A stretch of 64,000 nucleotides of DNA from Eledone cirrhosa (Eukaryota): assembly GCA_964016885.1 (NCBI GenBank), contig OZ024765.1, forward strand, positions 4,526,001 to 4,590,000, written 5' to 3'. The first letter of the stretch is position 1; each line of letters opens with the position of its first letter. The position numbers and the translations under genes are program-made. This document shows, piece by piece, positions 41,155-55,357 of the stretch. Under the pieces are notes generated by a model. The model was not told the DNA's origin. It made no database searches and worked only from the letters and a program-made list of their open reading frames with translations.

Positions 41155-42062
41155 CGAGGTGTGTCAGAAAAGTTCCAGGACTGATGTCACAAAAGATTTA
41201 TTTTAAACCCAAACTTCACACTAAGAGTTTTCTCCTTCAAAGTAATCCCCCTGGAGTATGTAACTGTAATCTTAGCTCTCTGCAGCGATCAAACATTTTT
41301 CTTCATAATTTTATATACATGTTTCAGGTCGTCAAGCAATGAGCACAGAGCAACGAACAAACTTAAAGTTTCTGGAAAGGTTGGGGAAAACTCCATCAGA
41401 AGCACTGGGATTGCTGCAGCAAGTGTGTGGAGATGAGACGATGTCACGCTCACGTGTTTTTGAGTGGTACAAGAGGTTTAAAGAAGGACGCGAGGACGTG
41501 GAAGATGACCCCAGGAGCGGAAGGCCCTCAACAACCAGGACTGAGGTCAACATTGAGCGCGTCAGGCAGATGGTGCATAGCGATCGTCGGCTGATTGTTC
41601 GACTGATGGCAAATGAGCTGGGCATGGATCGGGACAGCGTCTGGAAGATTCTCACTGAAGATTTGGACATGCGGAAAGTCTGCGCGAAGATGGTGCCAAA
41701 ACTGCTGAACGATGACCAGAAGGGTCGACGCATGCAAGTGTGCCAGGACATCCTCGAGCGTCTTGAAACCGAACCAGACTTGCTAGGGACAGTCATCACC
41801 AGTGATGAGTCATGGATCTTCGAGTACGACCCGAAGGGGACCCGTTTTGAAGACGTGGATGACATCAACAAGGCCGTGATGACGGAACTGTGGAGGATCC
41901 CGGAAGAATCCTTCCAGGAGTGCATGGACGTGGCAGAAAAGGATGGAAAAGTGCATTAGACTCCAGGGGGATGACTTTGAAGGAGAAAACTCTTAGTGTG
42001 AAGTTTGGGTTGGAAATAAATCTGTTGTGACATCAGTCCTGGAACTTTTCTGACCCACCTCG
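41155..42062 (+). mobile_element. Internally deleted mariner with 103-bp TIRs and TA target-site duplication
   Basis: TA-CGAGGTGTGTCAGAAAAGTTCCAGGACT...AGTCCTGGAACTTTTCTGACCCACCTCG-TA; arms 41155-41257 and 41960-42062. Confidence 0.95.
41339..41959 (+). pseudogene. Truncated mariner transposase: HTH domains and first catalytic Asp retained, most of the catalytic core deleted
   Basis: EQRTNLKF...GKT...VFEWYKRFKEGREDVEDDPRSGRP...KMVPKLL...ITSDESWIFEYDP joined directly to KGTRFEDVDDI; frameshift near 41927. Confidence 0.92.
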
Positions 42063-43283
42063 TATATGTTTTTGTGTGTGTGTATGTATTCATATTTTTA
42101 CAGTGTGATGTGTGTGTGTATCTATATATGTGTGTGTATATGTATGTGTGTGTTCATTTTTCTACTAGGTGATGTGTGTCTGTGTGTGTATATCTACATG
42201 TATGTGTTTGTCTGTCTGTGTGCACGTGTGTGTGCATATTTATATTTGCATATTTCTTGAATGTGATGTATGTGTCTATGGGTGTGTGTGTTCATATTTC
42301 TACAAGGTAATGTATGTGTCTATGGGTATGTATGTGTATATGTGTGTGTGTGTATGTGTTCATATTTTTACAATGTGGTGTATGTGTCTGTATGTGTGTA
42401 TGTGTTTACAGATTTCTATAATATGATGTGTGTGTGTGTTTATTGCATATGTCTGCATGTGTATATGTGTATTCAGCAGATATTCAATATGATGTGTTTA
42501 TATGTGTATGTATGTATGTGTATATAAGTGTGTAGCAGATAGTGATTAATAAAATGTTTATATATGTATGTGTGTATATATATATATATATATAGTACAT
42601 ATAGTGTGTATATATATATATAGTACATATAGTGTGTATATATATATAATGTGTGTATATATATATATATATATGTGTATATATATATATAGTACATATT
42701 CAGTATGTCTGTAATAAGATGCATTTATATTAATATATTTATATCAATTAACATTTTAAACACATTCACAGATACATATACATATATACATATATGTATA
42801 TATGTATATATATATACATATATATATATATATACATATACATATATGTATATATATATATATATATATTTGTATATATATATATGAATATATATATATA
42901 CATATGTATATGTATATATATATGAATATATATGAATATATATATGAATATATATATGAATGTATATATACATATGTATATGTATATATATATGAATATA
43001 TATATATATATACATATGTATATGTATCTATATATACATATGTATATATATATATACATATGTATATGTATATACATATGTATATATATATATATATATA
43101 CATATGTATATATATATACATATGTATATATATATATACATATGTATATATATACATATATATATATATATATACATAAGTATATATATATTTATATATG
43201 TGTATATATATATATATATGTATACATATGTATATATATACATATGTATATATATATACATATGTATATATAAATATATATAT

Positions 43284-43331
<48 letters not shown>

Positions 43332-43434
43332 GTATATATATATATACATATGTATATATGTGTATATATGTATATATATATACATATATATATATATACA
43401 TATCTCTATATATGTATATATATATATATATACA

Positions 43435-43506
<72 letters not shown>

Positions 43507-44147
43507 CATATATATTTATCTATATTTACATATATACACACACATACACACATATACACACATATACACACACAAACACACACACACATATACACACACA
43601 CATGGGCAACATATACACCACCATACCCATAAACAAAAGCAATGAAGCAAGTAGAGATATACATATTTTATCAAATTTGTTCCACCCATTTGGTGCTAAT
43701 GAATAATATATAAAACCTTCTCCTACCCAGCAGCATTAGTTTTAAAGACGGCATTTCTTGAAATTCTTTGATACCATTTCATGTTATTATTTCTAATTTT
43801 ATAATGTTTATTAAAAAATAAAAAAAAAATTAAAATTAAAAATTTGTAAAATAATTAAATAAATAAAAAATAATAAAAATTTATTTATTTTACAAATAAT
43901 AAAAATTTGTAAAATAAATAAAAAATAAAAAAATAAAAAAAATTTTTATTTTTATTTTACCAAAGTTTCCAAAATGCCAAGGAAATCGGTATCTCTACAT
44001 TGTAAAAATCTATTAATTCAACATTACAACTCATTTTACAAACATGTCGATGGGTTTTTTTTTTTTGGTAGAGGAAGGGGGTAGAATGGAGAAGTGGTTA
44101 TTATATTTTCCTTTTTATAGTTTCCAGCACCACTTTGAGAGCCCATA

Positions 44148-44217
<70 letters not shown>

Positions 44218-44230
44218 ACATATATATATT

Positions 44231-44502
44231 AATTGTTTCTACTTTTGGCACAAGGCCAGCAATTATTCCAGTGTATTACTGGTACTTTATTTTATCTACC
44301 CCGTAAGGATGAAAGACAAATTTAACCTCAGCGGGATTTGAACTCAGAATGGAAAGGGCCGTAACTTTATGTGTCAAACATATATATATTAATGGCCCTT
44401 TACGTTCTGAGTTCATATCCTTCCGAGGTTAACTTTGCTTTTCATCCTTACGGGATGATAAAATAACATACCAGTAATGCACTGGGGTAATTGCTGGCCT
44501 GG
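44231..44502. mobile_element. Head-to-head pair of 5'-truncated SINE family A copies
   Basis: - copy 44231-44378; + copy 44393-44502. Confidence 0.85.
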
Positions 44503-46892
44503 TGCATTTTATGGTAAAGGTTTTACCTCACATAATATCTCACATACCATTTACATTACTCTATATATACTATTATATTTTCACAGTAAAGGCTTTACCT
44601 CACATAATATCTCACATACCATTTACATTACTCTATATATACTATTGTATTTTCACAGTAAAGGCTTTACCTCACATAATATCTCACATACCATTTACAT
44701 TACTCTATATATACTATTGTATTTTCACAGTAAAGGCTTTACCTCACATAATATCTCACATACCATTTACATTACTCTATATATACTATTGTATTTTCAC
44801 AGTAAAGGCTTTACCTCACATAATATCTCACATACCATTTACATTACTCTATATATACTATTGTATTGTCACAGTAAAGACTTTACCTCACATAATATCT
44901 CACATACCATTTACATTACTCTATATATACTATTGTATTTTCACAGTAAAGGCTTTACCTCACATAATATCTCACATACCATTTACATTACTCTATATAT
45001 ACTATTGTATTTTCACAGTAAAGGCTTTACCTCACATAATATCTCACATACCATTTACATTACTCTATATATACTATTGTATTGTCACAGTAAAGACTTT
45101 ACCTCACATAATATCTCACATACCATTTACATTACTCTATATATACTATTGTATTTTCACAGTAAAGGCTTTACCTCACATAATATCTCACATACCATTT
45201 ACATTACTCTATATATACTATTGTATTGTCATAGTAAAGACTTTACCTCACATAATATCTCACATACCATTTACATTACTCTATATATACTATTGTATTG
45301 TCACAGTAAAGACTTTACCTCACATAATATCTCACATACCATTTACATTACTCTATATATACTATTGTATTTTCACAGTAAAGGCTTTACCTCACATAAT
45401 ATCTCACATACCATTTACATTACTCTATATATACTATTGTATTTTCACAGTAAAGGCTTTACCTCACATAATATCTCACATACCATTTACATTACTCTAT
45501 ATATACTATTGTATTGTCACAGTAAAGACTTTACCTCACATAATATCTCACATACCATTTACATTACTCTATATATACTATTGTATTTTCACAGTAAAGG
45601 CTTTACCTCACATAATATCTCACATACCATTTACATTACTCTATATATACTATTGTATTGTCATAGTAAAGACTTTACCTCACATAATATCTCACATACC
45701 ATTTACATTACTCTATATATACTATTGTATTTTCACAGTAAAGGCTTTACCTCACATAATATCTCACATAACATTTACATTACTCTTTCTATACTATTGT
45801 ATTTTCACAGTAAAGGCTTTACCTCACATAATATCTCACATACCATTTACATTACTCTATATATACTATTATATTTTCACAGTAAAGGTTTTACCTCACA
45901 TAATATCTCACATAACATTTACATTATTCTATATATACTATTATATTTTCACAGTAAAGGCTTTACCTCACATAATATCTCACATACCATTTACATTACT
46001 CTATATATACTATTATATTTTCACAGTAAAGGTTTTACCTCACATAATATCTCACATAACATTTACATTACTCTATATATACTATTGTATTTTCACAGTA
46101 AAGGCTTTACCTCACATAATATCTCACATAACATTTACATTACTCTATATATACTATTATATTTTCACAGTAAAGGCTTTACCTCACATAATATCTCACA
46201 TAACATTTACATTACTCTATATATACTATTATATTTTCACAGTAAAGGCTTTACCTCACATAATATCTCACATAACATTTACATTACTCTATATATACTA
46301 TTGTATTTTCACAGTAAAGGTTTTACCTCACATAATATCTCACATAACATTTACATTACTCTATATATACTATTGTATTTTCACAGTAAAGGCTTTACCT
46401 CACATAATATCTCACATAACATTTACATTACTCTATATATACTATTATATTTTCACAGTAAAGGCTTTACCTCACATAATATCTCACATAACATTTACAT
46501 TACTCTATATATACTATTATATTTTCACAGTAAAGGCTTTACCTCACATAATATCTCACATAACATTTACATTACTCTATATATACTATTGTATTTTCAC
46601 AGTAAAGGCTTTACCTCACATAATATCTCACATACCATTTACATTACTCTATATATACTATTGTATTTTCACAGTAAAGGCTTTACCTCACATAATATCT
46701 CACATATCTCACATAACATTTAATTTACTCCATAATTATCTCACATAATATCGACTCTATGAGATTTTGATATTATTTATTTTGAGAACAATACCTTAAA
46801 ATCAACATGAGTGGCTGGTTACAGCTGGTATGAAGAGAAAGAGGTGATATAATTCTGGCCTGTGATGGCCAGTTTAACTGCTAAAGGGTTAA
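44503..46892 (+). mobile_element. MITE family 1 with a 72-bp array (~31 copies); right TIR and TTAA intact, left end lost
   Basis: Array to ~46740, then MITE body ending CTGCTAAAGGGTTAA. Confidence 0.92.
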
Positions 46893-47552
46893 ATAATTAT
46901 AACGAGGAGTTTAAATTACTTAATTTACTGACAACCTTGAAAGATTATGTCAACAGTAACAGGATTAACAGATCGTTGCTAATGAAATCCTGACATTTTC
47001 TAATCTATCTTTTATAAAAAAGATCAACTTAACAGTCTTATGTTTACAAAGATAATTTACAGATTGCACCTGGAAAGCCAGCAGTTAAGCGTAGGTGTCA
47101 GTGAGCGAAATTAGGATTGGATGTTGAGGTGGTGAGGGGAAGGGTCGGGTGCTGCTATTGTTGCGGCTAGGGGGTAGAGAAAGGGGAGAGGGGATAAGGG
47201 GGTAGAAGATTACCATCGTTTGTATTAGTCATAATAACTATCATCATCATCATCATCATTATCATCATCATCATCATTATCACCCTTATCAGCTCAATCA
47301 CAATCACTACCATCATAATCACCATCAATATCATCATCAACGCCACCGTTATCATCAACATTATCACTGTTATCATCATTATCATCATCATTACCATCAT
47401 GACCACCACAACCATCATCATTATCACTTTTATCACCATCATCACCACCTCCGCTACCATCATCATCATCATCATCACCACTACCATCATCATCATCATC
47501 ACCACCACCACCACCACTATGATCATTATCATTATAATCATCACCACCATCA

Positions 47553-47790
47553 CCACCCAGTCATTTCCATCCTTCTTCAACACATGACCCAACCATCTCA
47601 TTCAATCTCTCTTCACAACATCCACCACTGGCTCTATCCCTCTCACCCAGTCCCTCCTTCACCCTTCCTCAACACATGACCCAACCATCTCATTCAATCT
47701 CTCTTCACAACATCCACCACTGGCTCTATCCCTCTCACCCAGTCCCTCCTTCACCCTGCCTCAACACATGACCCAACCATCTCATTCATC
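47553..47790 (-). repeat. 92-bp tandem repeat (~2.5 copies) of an RTE ORF segment
   Basis: Translates GIEPVVDVVKRD*MRWLGHVLRK; AACACATGACCCAACC at 47579, 47671 and 47763. Confidence 0.8.
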
Positions 47791-48044
47791 CCAGTCTCTT
47801 ATTTACCATGAAGCCAACACAGTTAATTTTCCAACCACTGAACTATGTAAGGCAGCAGACGACTTCAGTTATCAATACATTATCAATACATTATCAATAC
47901 ATTATCAATACATTATCAATACATTATCAATCAGATTTTAAGATGCTAAGAAAATATTTCTATTGTCCTCATACAGTGGAGATGTCTAGTATCAATGGAA
48001 CTGAGAAGCAGAAGACAATGGCAGTAACCATATCAACCATCAGG

Positions 48045-49430
48045 ACCACCACCACCATCACCATCATACCATCACAACCACCACCAACACCACAACCACC
48101 ATACCACCACCAACACCACAACCACCATACCACCATCACCACCATACCACCACCAACACCACAACCACCATACCACCATCACCACCATACCACCATCACC
48201 ACCATACCACCACCACCAACACCACAACCACCATACCATCACAACCACCATACCACCACCAACACCACAACCACCATACCACCACCACCATCACCACCAT
48301 ACCACCACTACCACCATACCACCACCAACACTACAACTACCATACCACCACCACCACCACAACCATCATACCACCACCACCACCACAACCACCATGCCAC
48401 CATAACCACCATACCACCATCACCACCATACCACCACCATCACCACCATACCACCACCACCAACACCACAACCACCATACCATCACAACCACCATACCAC
48501 CACCAACACCACAACCACCATACCACCACCACCATCACCACCATACCACCACTACCACCATACCACCACCAACACCACAACCACCATACCACCACCACCA
48601 TCACCACCATACCACCACTACCACCATACCACCACCAACACTACAACTACCATACCACCACCACCACCACAACCACCATACCGCCACCACCACCACCACC
48701 ACAACCACCATACCACCACAACCACCATACCACCACCAACACCACAACCACCATACCACCACAACCACCATACCACCACCAACACCACAACCACCATACC
48801 ACCACCACCACCATCACCACCATACCACAACCACCATACCACCACCATCACCACCATACCACCATACCACCACCAACACCACAACCACCATACCACCACC
48901 ACCACCACCACCATACCACCATCACCACAATACTACCACTACCACCATACCACCACCAACACCACAACCACCATACCACCACCACCACCACCATACCACC
49001 ACCACCACCATACCACCACCACCACCACCACACTGTCACAACATACCACCACCACAACCACCATACCACCACACCACCACCACCACCACACTACCACACC
49101 ACCACCACCACCACCACACTACCACACCACCACCATCACCACACCACCACCACCACCACCACCACACTGTCACAACATACCTCCACCACCACACTGTCAC
49201 AACATAACTCCACCACCACACCACCACCACCACCACCACCACACCACCACCACCACCACACCACCACCACCACCACCACCACACCATCACCACCACACTG
49301 TCACAACATACCTCCACCACCACCACCACACCACCACCACCACGCTGTCACAACATACCTCCACCACCACAACCACCACCACCACTACCACACCACCACC
49401 ACCACCACCACCACCACCACCACCACCATC
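48045..49430. repeat. (CAC/CAT/CAA)n low-complexity tract
   Basis: Almost G-free; accounts for the 614-aa P/H/T ORF. Confidence 0.92.
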
Positions 49431-49689
49431 AGCTGTTCCTTTCAATTTAATGTAAAGACAGTAGAACATCAAATTAAAGAATGGTGGTCAGATTATCAGG
49501 CCCCAATTTCCTCTCCAATAGCAGACGACATAAAACTAATCATAAACTCAATTATTAGCTGCGTCATTAGAAATGAACAAGTTATAATGGGGAGCTTCAC
49601 AATACTTCATAGTTATTGCTACTCTTCTTTTATTTCTTGTCTTAGTGTTTAACTTCCTGGACCCCATCAAGCCGCATTACCAAGACATC

Positions 49690-49990
49690 TTTCAAAAGTA
49701 CAAAACAGCACGATGGTTGCATCGCATGTTTGCAGTCGAGCCCCTAGCAGTGGAGACTTTTGGTGTCCTTGGCCCTAGGGCCACCCCCCTACTTCTCACC
49801 ATAGGTACTGAGCTGGCTAGCCGCAGGTGTGAGCATCGCGAGATGGAATGGCTCTTTCAGCGCATCTCCCACACCACCCTTCCGGGGAAATGCCTTCTCT
49901 ATTCTGTCCGCCGGGCCATGAGGTGGCCAGGGTATGGGGCCACATTTGCTCATAACAGTGAGAGATGGGGATGGCGAGGGAGATATGGAG
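49690..49990 (+). pseudogene. 3' fragment of a restriction-like-endonuclease non-LTR retrotransposon (CRE-like)
   Basis: KY...EPLAVETFGVLGPRA..LL..IG..LA.....RE..WLFQRIS, then after a frameshift RGNAFSILS. Confidence 0.8.
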
Positions 49991-50159
49991 GCTATGACAG
50001 TGGGAATTTGGCTCCTCTGTGTTCAGACCTAGTACACATGTCAATATTTTTACACCATCAACCCTATTTCACTGTTCGGTATCAAACACTACGTACTACA
50101 TTCTTTCAGAATGAAAATATAAACACATAATAAATGCAATTAACAATTGCTAAGAACCT

Positions 50160-51490
50160 CACAAATGAAACTGCATCACATTACTGTAATACAGTAAATT
50201 TTCACAACAATCTGTCCACCAGTAAAGATACTATAAACATTTAGTACAAAACAACACTATGACTGCATCACATTATATATGAAAGTCTTTACTGTAATAC
50301 TGTAAATTCTCACAATAATCTGTCCACTAGTAAAGATACTATAAACATTTTAATTAACAGCCATGTTTTGTAAATATTTTCTGCTAAATGATTACAGGTT
50401 ATTAAGAGATAATACTCAAGATTTTCACAACAATCTGTCCATCAGTAAAGATACTATAAACTTTTAGTACAAAACAACACTATGACTACATCACATTAAA
50501 TATTACAGTCTTTACTGTAATACTGTAAATTTTCACAACAATTTGTCCACTAGTAAAGATACTATAAACATTTAGTACAAAACAACACTATGACTACATC
50601 ACATTAAATATTAAAGTCTTTACTGTAATACTGTAAATATTCACAACAATCTGTCCACCAGTAAAGATACTATAAACATTTAGTACAAAAACAACACTAT
50701 GACTACATCACATTAAATATTAAAGTCTTTACTGTAATACTGTAAATATTCACAACAATCTGTCCACCAGTAAAGATACTATAAACATTTAGTACAAAAC
50801 AACACTATGACTACATCACATTAAATATTAAAGTCTTTACTGTAATACTTTAAATTCTCACAACAATCTGTCCACCAGTAAAGATACTATAAACATTTAG
50901 TACAAAACAACACTATGACTACATCACATTAAATATTAAAGTCTTTACTGTAATACTGTAAATATTCACAACAATCTGTCCACCAGTAAAGATACTATAA
51001 ACATTTAGTACAAAACAACACTATGACTACATCACATTAAATATTAAAGTCTTTACTGTAATACTTTAAATTCTCTCAACAATCTGTCCACCAGTAAAGA
51101 TACTATAAACATTTAGTACAAAACAACACTATGACTACATCACATTAAATATTAAAGTCTTTACTGTAATACTTTAAATTCTCACAGCAATCTGTCCACC
51201 AGTAAAGATACTATAAACATTTAGTACAAAACAACACTATGACTACATCACATTAAATATTAAAGTCTTTACTGTAATACTGTAAATATTCACAACAATC
51301 TGTCCACCAGTAAAGATACTATAAACATTTAGTATAAAACAACACTATGACTACATCAAGTTAAATATTAAAGTCACTACCCTAGTGCTACCAAATTACA
51401 CAACATTATGTTTGCTAGTAAAGATACTAAAAACATTTGAATTAATAAATCACATCAAATCACATCAAACCACATTAGCAAGACATTGTT
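50160..51490. repeat. 108-109-bp minisatellite, ~11 copies; single homologue at ~19290-19445
   Basis: CACAACAATCTGTCCACCAGTAAAGATACTATAAACATTT at 50642, 50751, 50859... Confidence 0.95.
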
Positions 51491-52053
51491 GGAAAGTCCA
51501 AAACAGCATTATGGCTGCATCACATCAAATTTGAATGTCTTTACTCTAATGCTACATATATAGATGTGTGAGTGTAGTAGCAGTAGTAGTGGTGTTGGTG
51601 GTGGTGGTGGTGGTGGTGGTGGTGGGACTGTACAGCCTTGGCAATTTGGAATGTAAGTTCTTGAGCATTCCTTTGTTGAATTCTTAAACAACTTAGATAT
51701 CACCTTGTTACGTTCTATTTGGGTATTGCAGCTCCATCACTATATCTATATTGATTACAAGTTTAATCTAATGTAGCTTTTTTTTTTTCCACCTATTTTC
51801 ATTGAGCAGTTTTGGACAACATGGTTGAAATAATTGCATAGGTTTCTATGCATCTACCATTATATCGATCTAAATTCCTGTTATATATCTCTCTCTCTCT
51901 ATATATATACAGAATATATATAGATATAGATACAGAATATATATATATATATATATATATATGACCCTCCCAAAGTATAACAATATATATATATATATTA
52001 TATATATACATGTATATATGTGTGTATATATATACATATATATATATACACAC

Positions 52054-52090
<37 letters not shown>

Positions 52091-52223
52091 CATATACATA
52101 CATATATACATGTATATAGTATATATATGTGTATATACATACATATACATACATATATACATGTATATAGTATATATATGTGTATATACATACATATACA
52201 TACATATATACATGTATATAGTA

Positions 52224-52266
<43 letters not shown>

Positions 52267-52411
52267 ATGTGTATAGATAGATAGATATATGCAGATAGAT
52301 ATAAATACAGATATATATATACTGAAGATAGATATATATATAGAACCATGAGTTTCCGAAGGAATAAAGCAAGGAAGTAAAGTGTTCTATGTAATGTAGA
52401 GAGACAAAATA

Positions 52412-52650
52412 ATTGATTCTACTTTAGGCACAAGGCCAGCAATTACCCAGTACATTACTGGTACTTTATTTTATCGACCCTGTAAAGATGAAAGGCAAAG
52501 TTAAACTCAGCGGGATTTGAACACAGAATGGCAATACTTGATAATTGTTTCTACGTTTGGCACAAGGCCAGCAAATACCCAGTGCATTACTGGTACTTTA
52601 TTTTATCGACCCTGTAAGGATAAACAGCAAAGTTAACCTCGACAGGATTT
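52412..52650 (-). mobile_element. Two tandem partial SINE family A copies
   Basis: Reverse complements of the 3' half. Confidence 0.85.
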
Positions 52651-52789
52651 ACATTGCATGCTACCTAAGGTTTCACACATCAACCAGCCATAGAACGTAG
52701 ACAGGCTAGGTTTCATAGTTTAGTTATCTTCAGGTAAAAACAAGAAGTGTAAGTCAACAGAGTAAAATTAGCTTCGTTTATTCATATTC

Positions 52790-52848
52790 ACTGCTATATA
52801 TATTTCAGTGATAGCTATTATTCAACAGCTATGACCTCATCAGGCAGT
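52790..52848 (-). ncRNA. Minimal type I hammerhead ribozyme
   Basis: ACTGC-CTGATGA-GGTCATAGCTGTT-gaat-AATAGCTATCACT-GAAA-TATATA-TA-GCAGT. Confidence 0.88.
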
Positions 52849-53096
52849 TAGAACTTGAACTGAAAAAAACAGGAAAACATGATGTTGGTATAGAGTTTAC
52901 CTTGTTAATTCGTTGACGTGTTCAGACCCCACAGTGTGGTGTTAGTCCTTTAAGGAACTGAAAGCATAGGATTTCAATTCCTTATAGGGAGAAACCCTTC
53001 TTTGTCAACAGAGGAAGCAGCTCCCTAAACTTCTTCCAACCCGTCCTTATTCTAGATCCTATGTGTGTGAGTATATATATATATATATATATATAG

Positions 53097-53270
53097 AGGA
53101 AAAGAGTCAAGACCCCGACAGCACAGTTCAAGCCGTTTCGACGGCTATTTCTGGCTTGAGCTCTGCCGTCGGGGTCTTGACTCTTTTCCTATTACCCACT
53201 CTACTACACTAAGTATCGAGTACTCTGGTGCATTTTGGTCCACCTGGTTCCTTACCACACTTCCTTCGCT
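53097..53270. mobile_element. Fold-back element in (TA)n, same family as 58003-58196 (Penelope-like, inferred)
   Basis: ~38-bp inverted arms at 53097-53134 and 53153-53190. Confidence 0.6.
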
Positions 53271-53338
53271 ATATATATACATACATGTGTGTATACATGT
53301 GTGTATATTTATATATATATATATATACGTGTGTATAC

Positions 53339-53369
<31 letters not shown>

Positions 53370-53784
53370 CACGTGTGTCTGTGTATATATATATACACAC
53401 GTGTGTATATATAATCGTGTGTGTGTATATATATATATATATACATGTATATATATATATATATAATGTCTATATATACAGAGATAGATAGATACATGTA
53501 TATATTTTTATAAATGTATATATATTTGCATGGAGTATATATTTTCCTGAAGTATATTGGTGAAAGATATACAGTACATTGGTGAAAATCACAGCAACTA
53601 CAAGAACATCAACAAAACCCATTAACTCAGTGAATCTGGACAAGACTTTCTTGCAGTAATTATTTTGACTGACTTATTCAGACACCATCTTGTCACTTTT
53701 GTCATCATAAAGTCCACTGAAGCACTGATTTATCTGTTGGAGAACCTATAAACGACCAGCTACGTTATTGTGAAGAAAATACCT

Positions 53785-53802
53785 TTATATATATATATAT
53801 AA

Positions 53803-53843
<41 letters not shown>

Positions 53844-54444
53844 ATATATGTATATATATATGTATGTATATATATATATATATATGCATATATATGTATG
53901 TATATATGTATGTATATATATATATATATGCATGTATATGTATGTACATATGAATATATGCATATATATATGCATATATATATGTATATATATATGTATA
54001 TATATGTATATATATGTGTATATATATGTATATATATATGTATATATATGTATATATATATGTATATATATATGTATATATATATGTATATATATGTATA
54101 TATATATGTATATATGTGTATATATATGTATATATATATATGTATATATATGTATATATATATGTATATATATGTATATATATATGTATATATATGTATA
54201 TATATGTGTATATATATGTATATATATGTGTATATATATGTGTATATATATGTATATATATATGTATATGTATATATGTATATATATATGTATATGTATA
54301 TATATATGTATGTATATATATATGTATGTATATATGTATGTATGTATGTATATATATATATGTATGTATGTATATATATATGTATGTATATATATATGTA
54401 TGTATGTACATATGTATGTATATATGTATGTACATATATATATG

Positions 54445-54485
<41 letters not shown>

Positions 54486-54556
54486 GTATATATATATATG
54501 TATATATATATGTATATATATATGTATATATATATGTATATGTATATATATATGTA

Positions 54557-54601
<45 letters not shown>

Positions 54602-54806
54602 GTATGTATATATATATGTATGTATATATATATGTATGTATATATATATGTATGTATATATATATGTATGTATATATATATGTATGTATATATATATGTA
54701 TGTATATATATATGTATGTATATATATATATGTATGTATATATATATATATGTATGTATATATATATATGTATGTATATATATATATGTATGTATATATA
54801 TATATG

Positions 54807-54845
<39 letters not shown>
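53785..54845. repeat. (TA)n/TATG compound microsatellite
   Basis: Direct reading. Confidence 0.95.
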
Positions 54846-55341
54846 ATAAATCTATATAACAGACCTGCTTTTCTTGAAGAATTTTTTATCATTTCTACAC
54901 TTGCTCACACTCCTCCACCTTTCTATTTCTTCATTAATATTTCATTTTATTTCCTGAAGAAGAAGTAGCGTTCGAAATTTTAAGACTTTTCTAACTATAT
55001 TAAATGTGAAACAGCCGCAGGAGGGAGTTATCTGTAAATGTGTAAAGATTGCATTAAAACAAACGAACTAGGTGTAAGAAACAGATAGAGAAGGTTGACT
55101 TTCGTTTAATAATCCATCAGAATTGTAAAACAAAATATCTTCCCATTGTAAAACTGAGAGGAGAGTCACCTGTCAATGGAACAGTAAACAAACTGATGTG
55201 TGTGTGGGGTGATAGGTGAGACGGAAGTGGCAGGGACAGAAGCTATTATCACCATCCCAACACCGACAGGAGAGCCAATTAAGTTAAAATATTTCCCGGC
55301 GTGGAAGATGCTAGTTGCTTGTCCTTAGCTTCTGTTGGAAC

Positions 55342-55357
55342 ACACTAGATGGCGCTA
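55342..55357 (+). promoter_or_regulatory. CTCF-like motif
   Basis: aCACTAGATGGCGCTA versus consensus CCACYAGRKGGCGCTA. Confidence 0.5.

Noticed and set aside
41339-41959. Active or domesticated mariner transposase gene (SETMAR-like)
   Set aside because: Catalytic core mostly deleted, C-terminus frameshifted, no SET domain, and TIRs with TSD still present.
44477-46748. 748-aa ORFs (and the 234-aa and 509-aa ORFs at 21.6 and 56.0 kb) as repeat proteins
   Set aside because: They are translations of the 72-bp MITE-derived satellite; a unit divisible by 3 keeps frames open.
47808-49652. 614-aa Pro/His/Thr-rich ORF
   Set aside because: The G-poor CAC/CAT tract rarely forms stops; it drifts between registers and has no domain.
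53560-53745. - strand terminal exon [23 protein letters not shown]
   Set aside because: Short, no recognisable homology and no supporting partner exon.
54950-55000. Hammerhead at CTGAAGA...GAAA
   Set aside because: Stems I and III cannot be paired convincingly; at best a heavily decayed relic.
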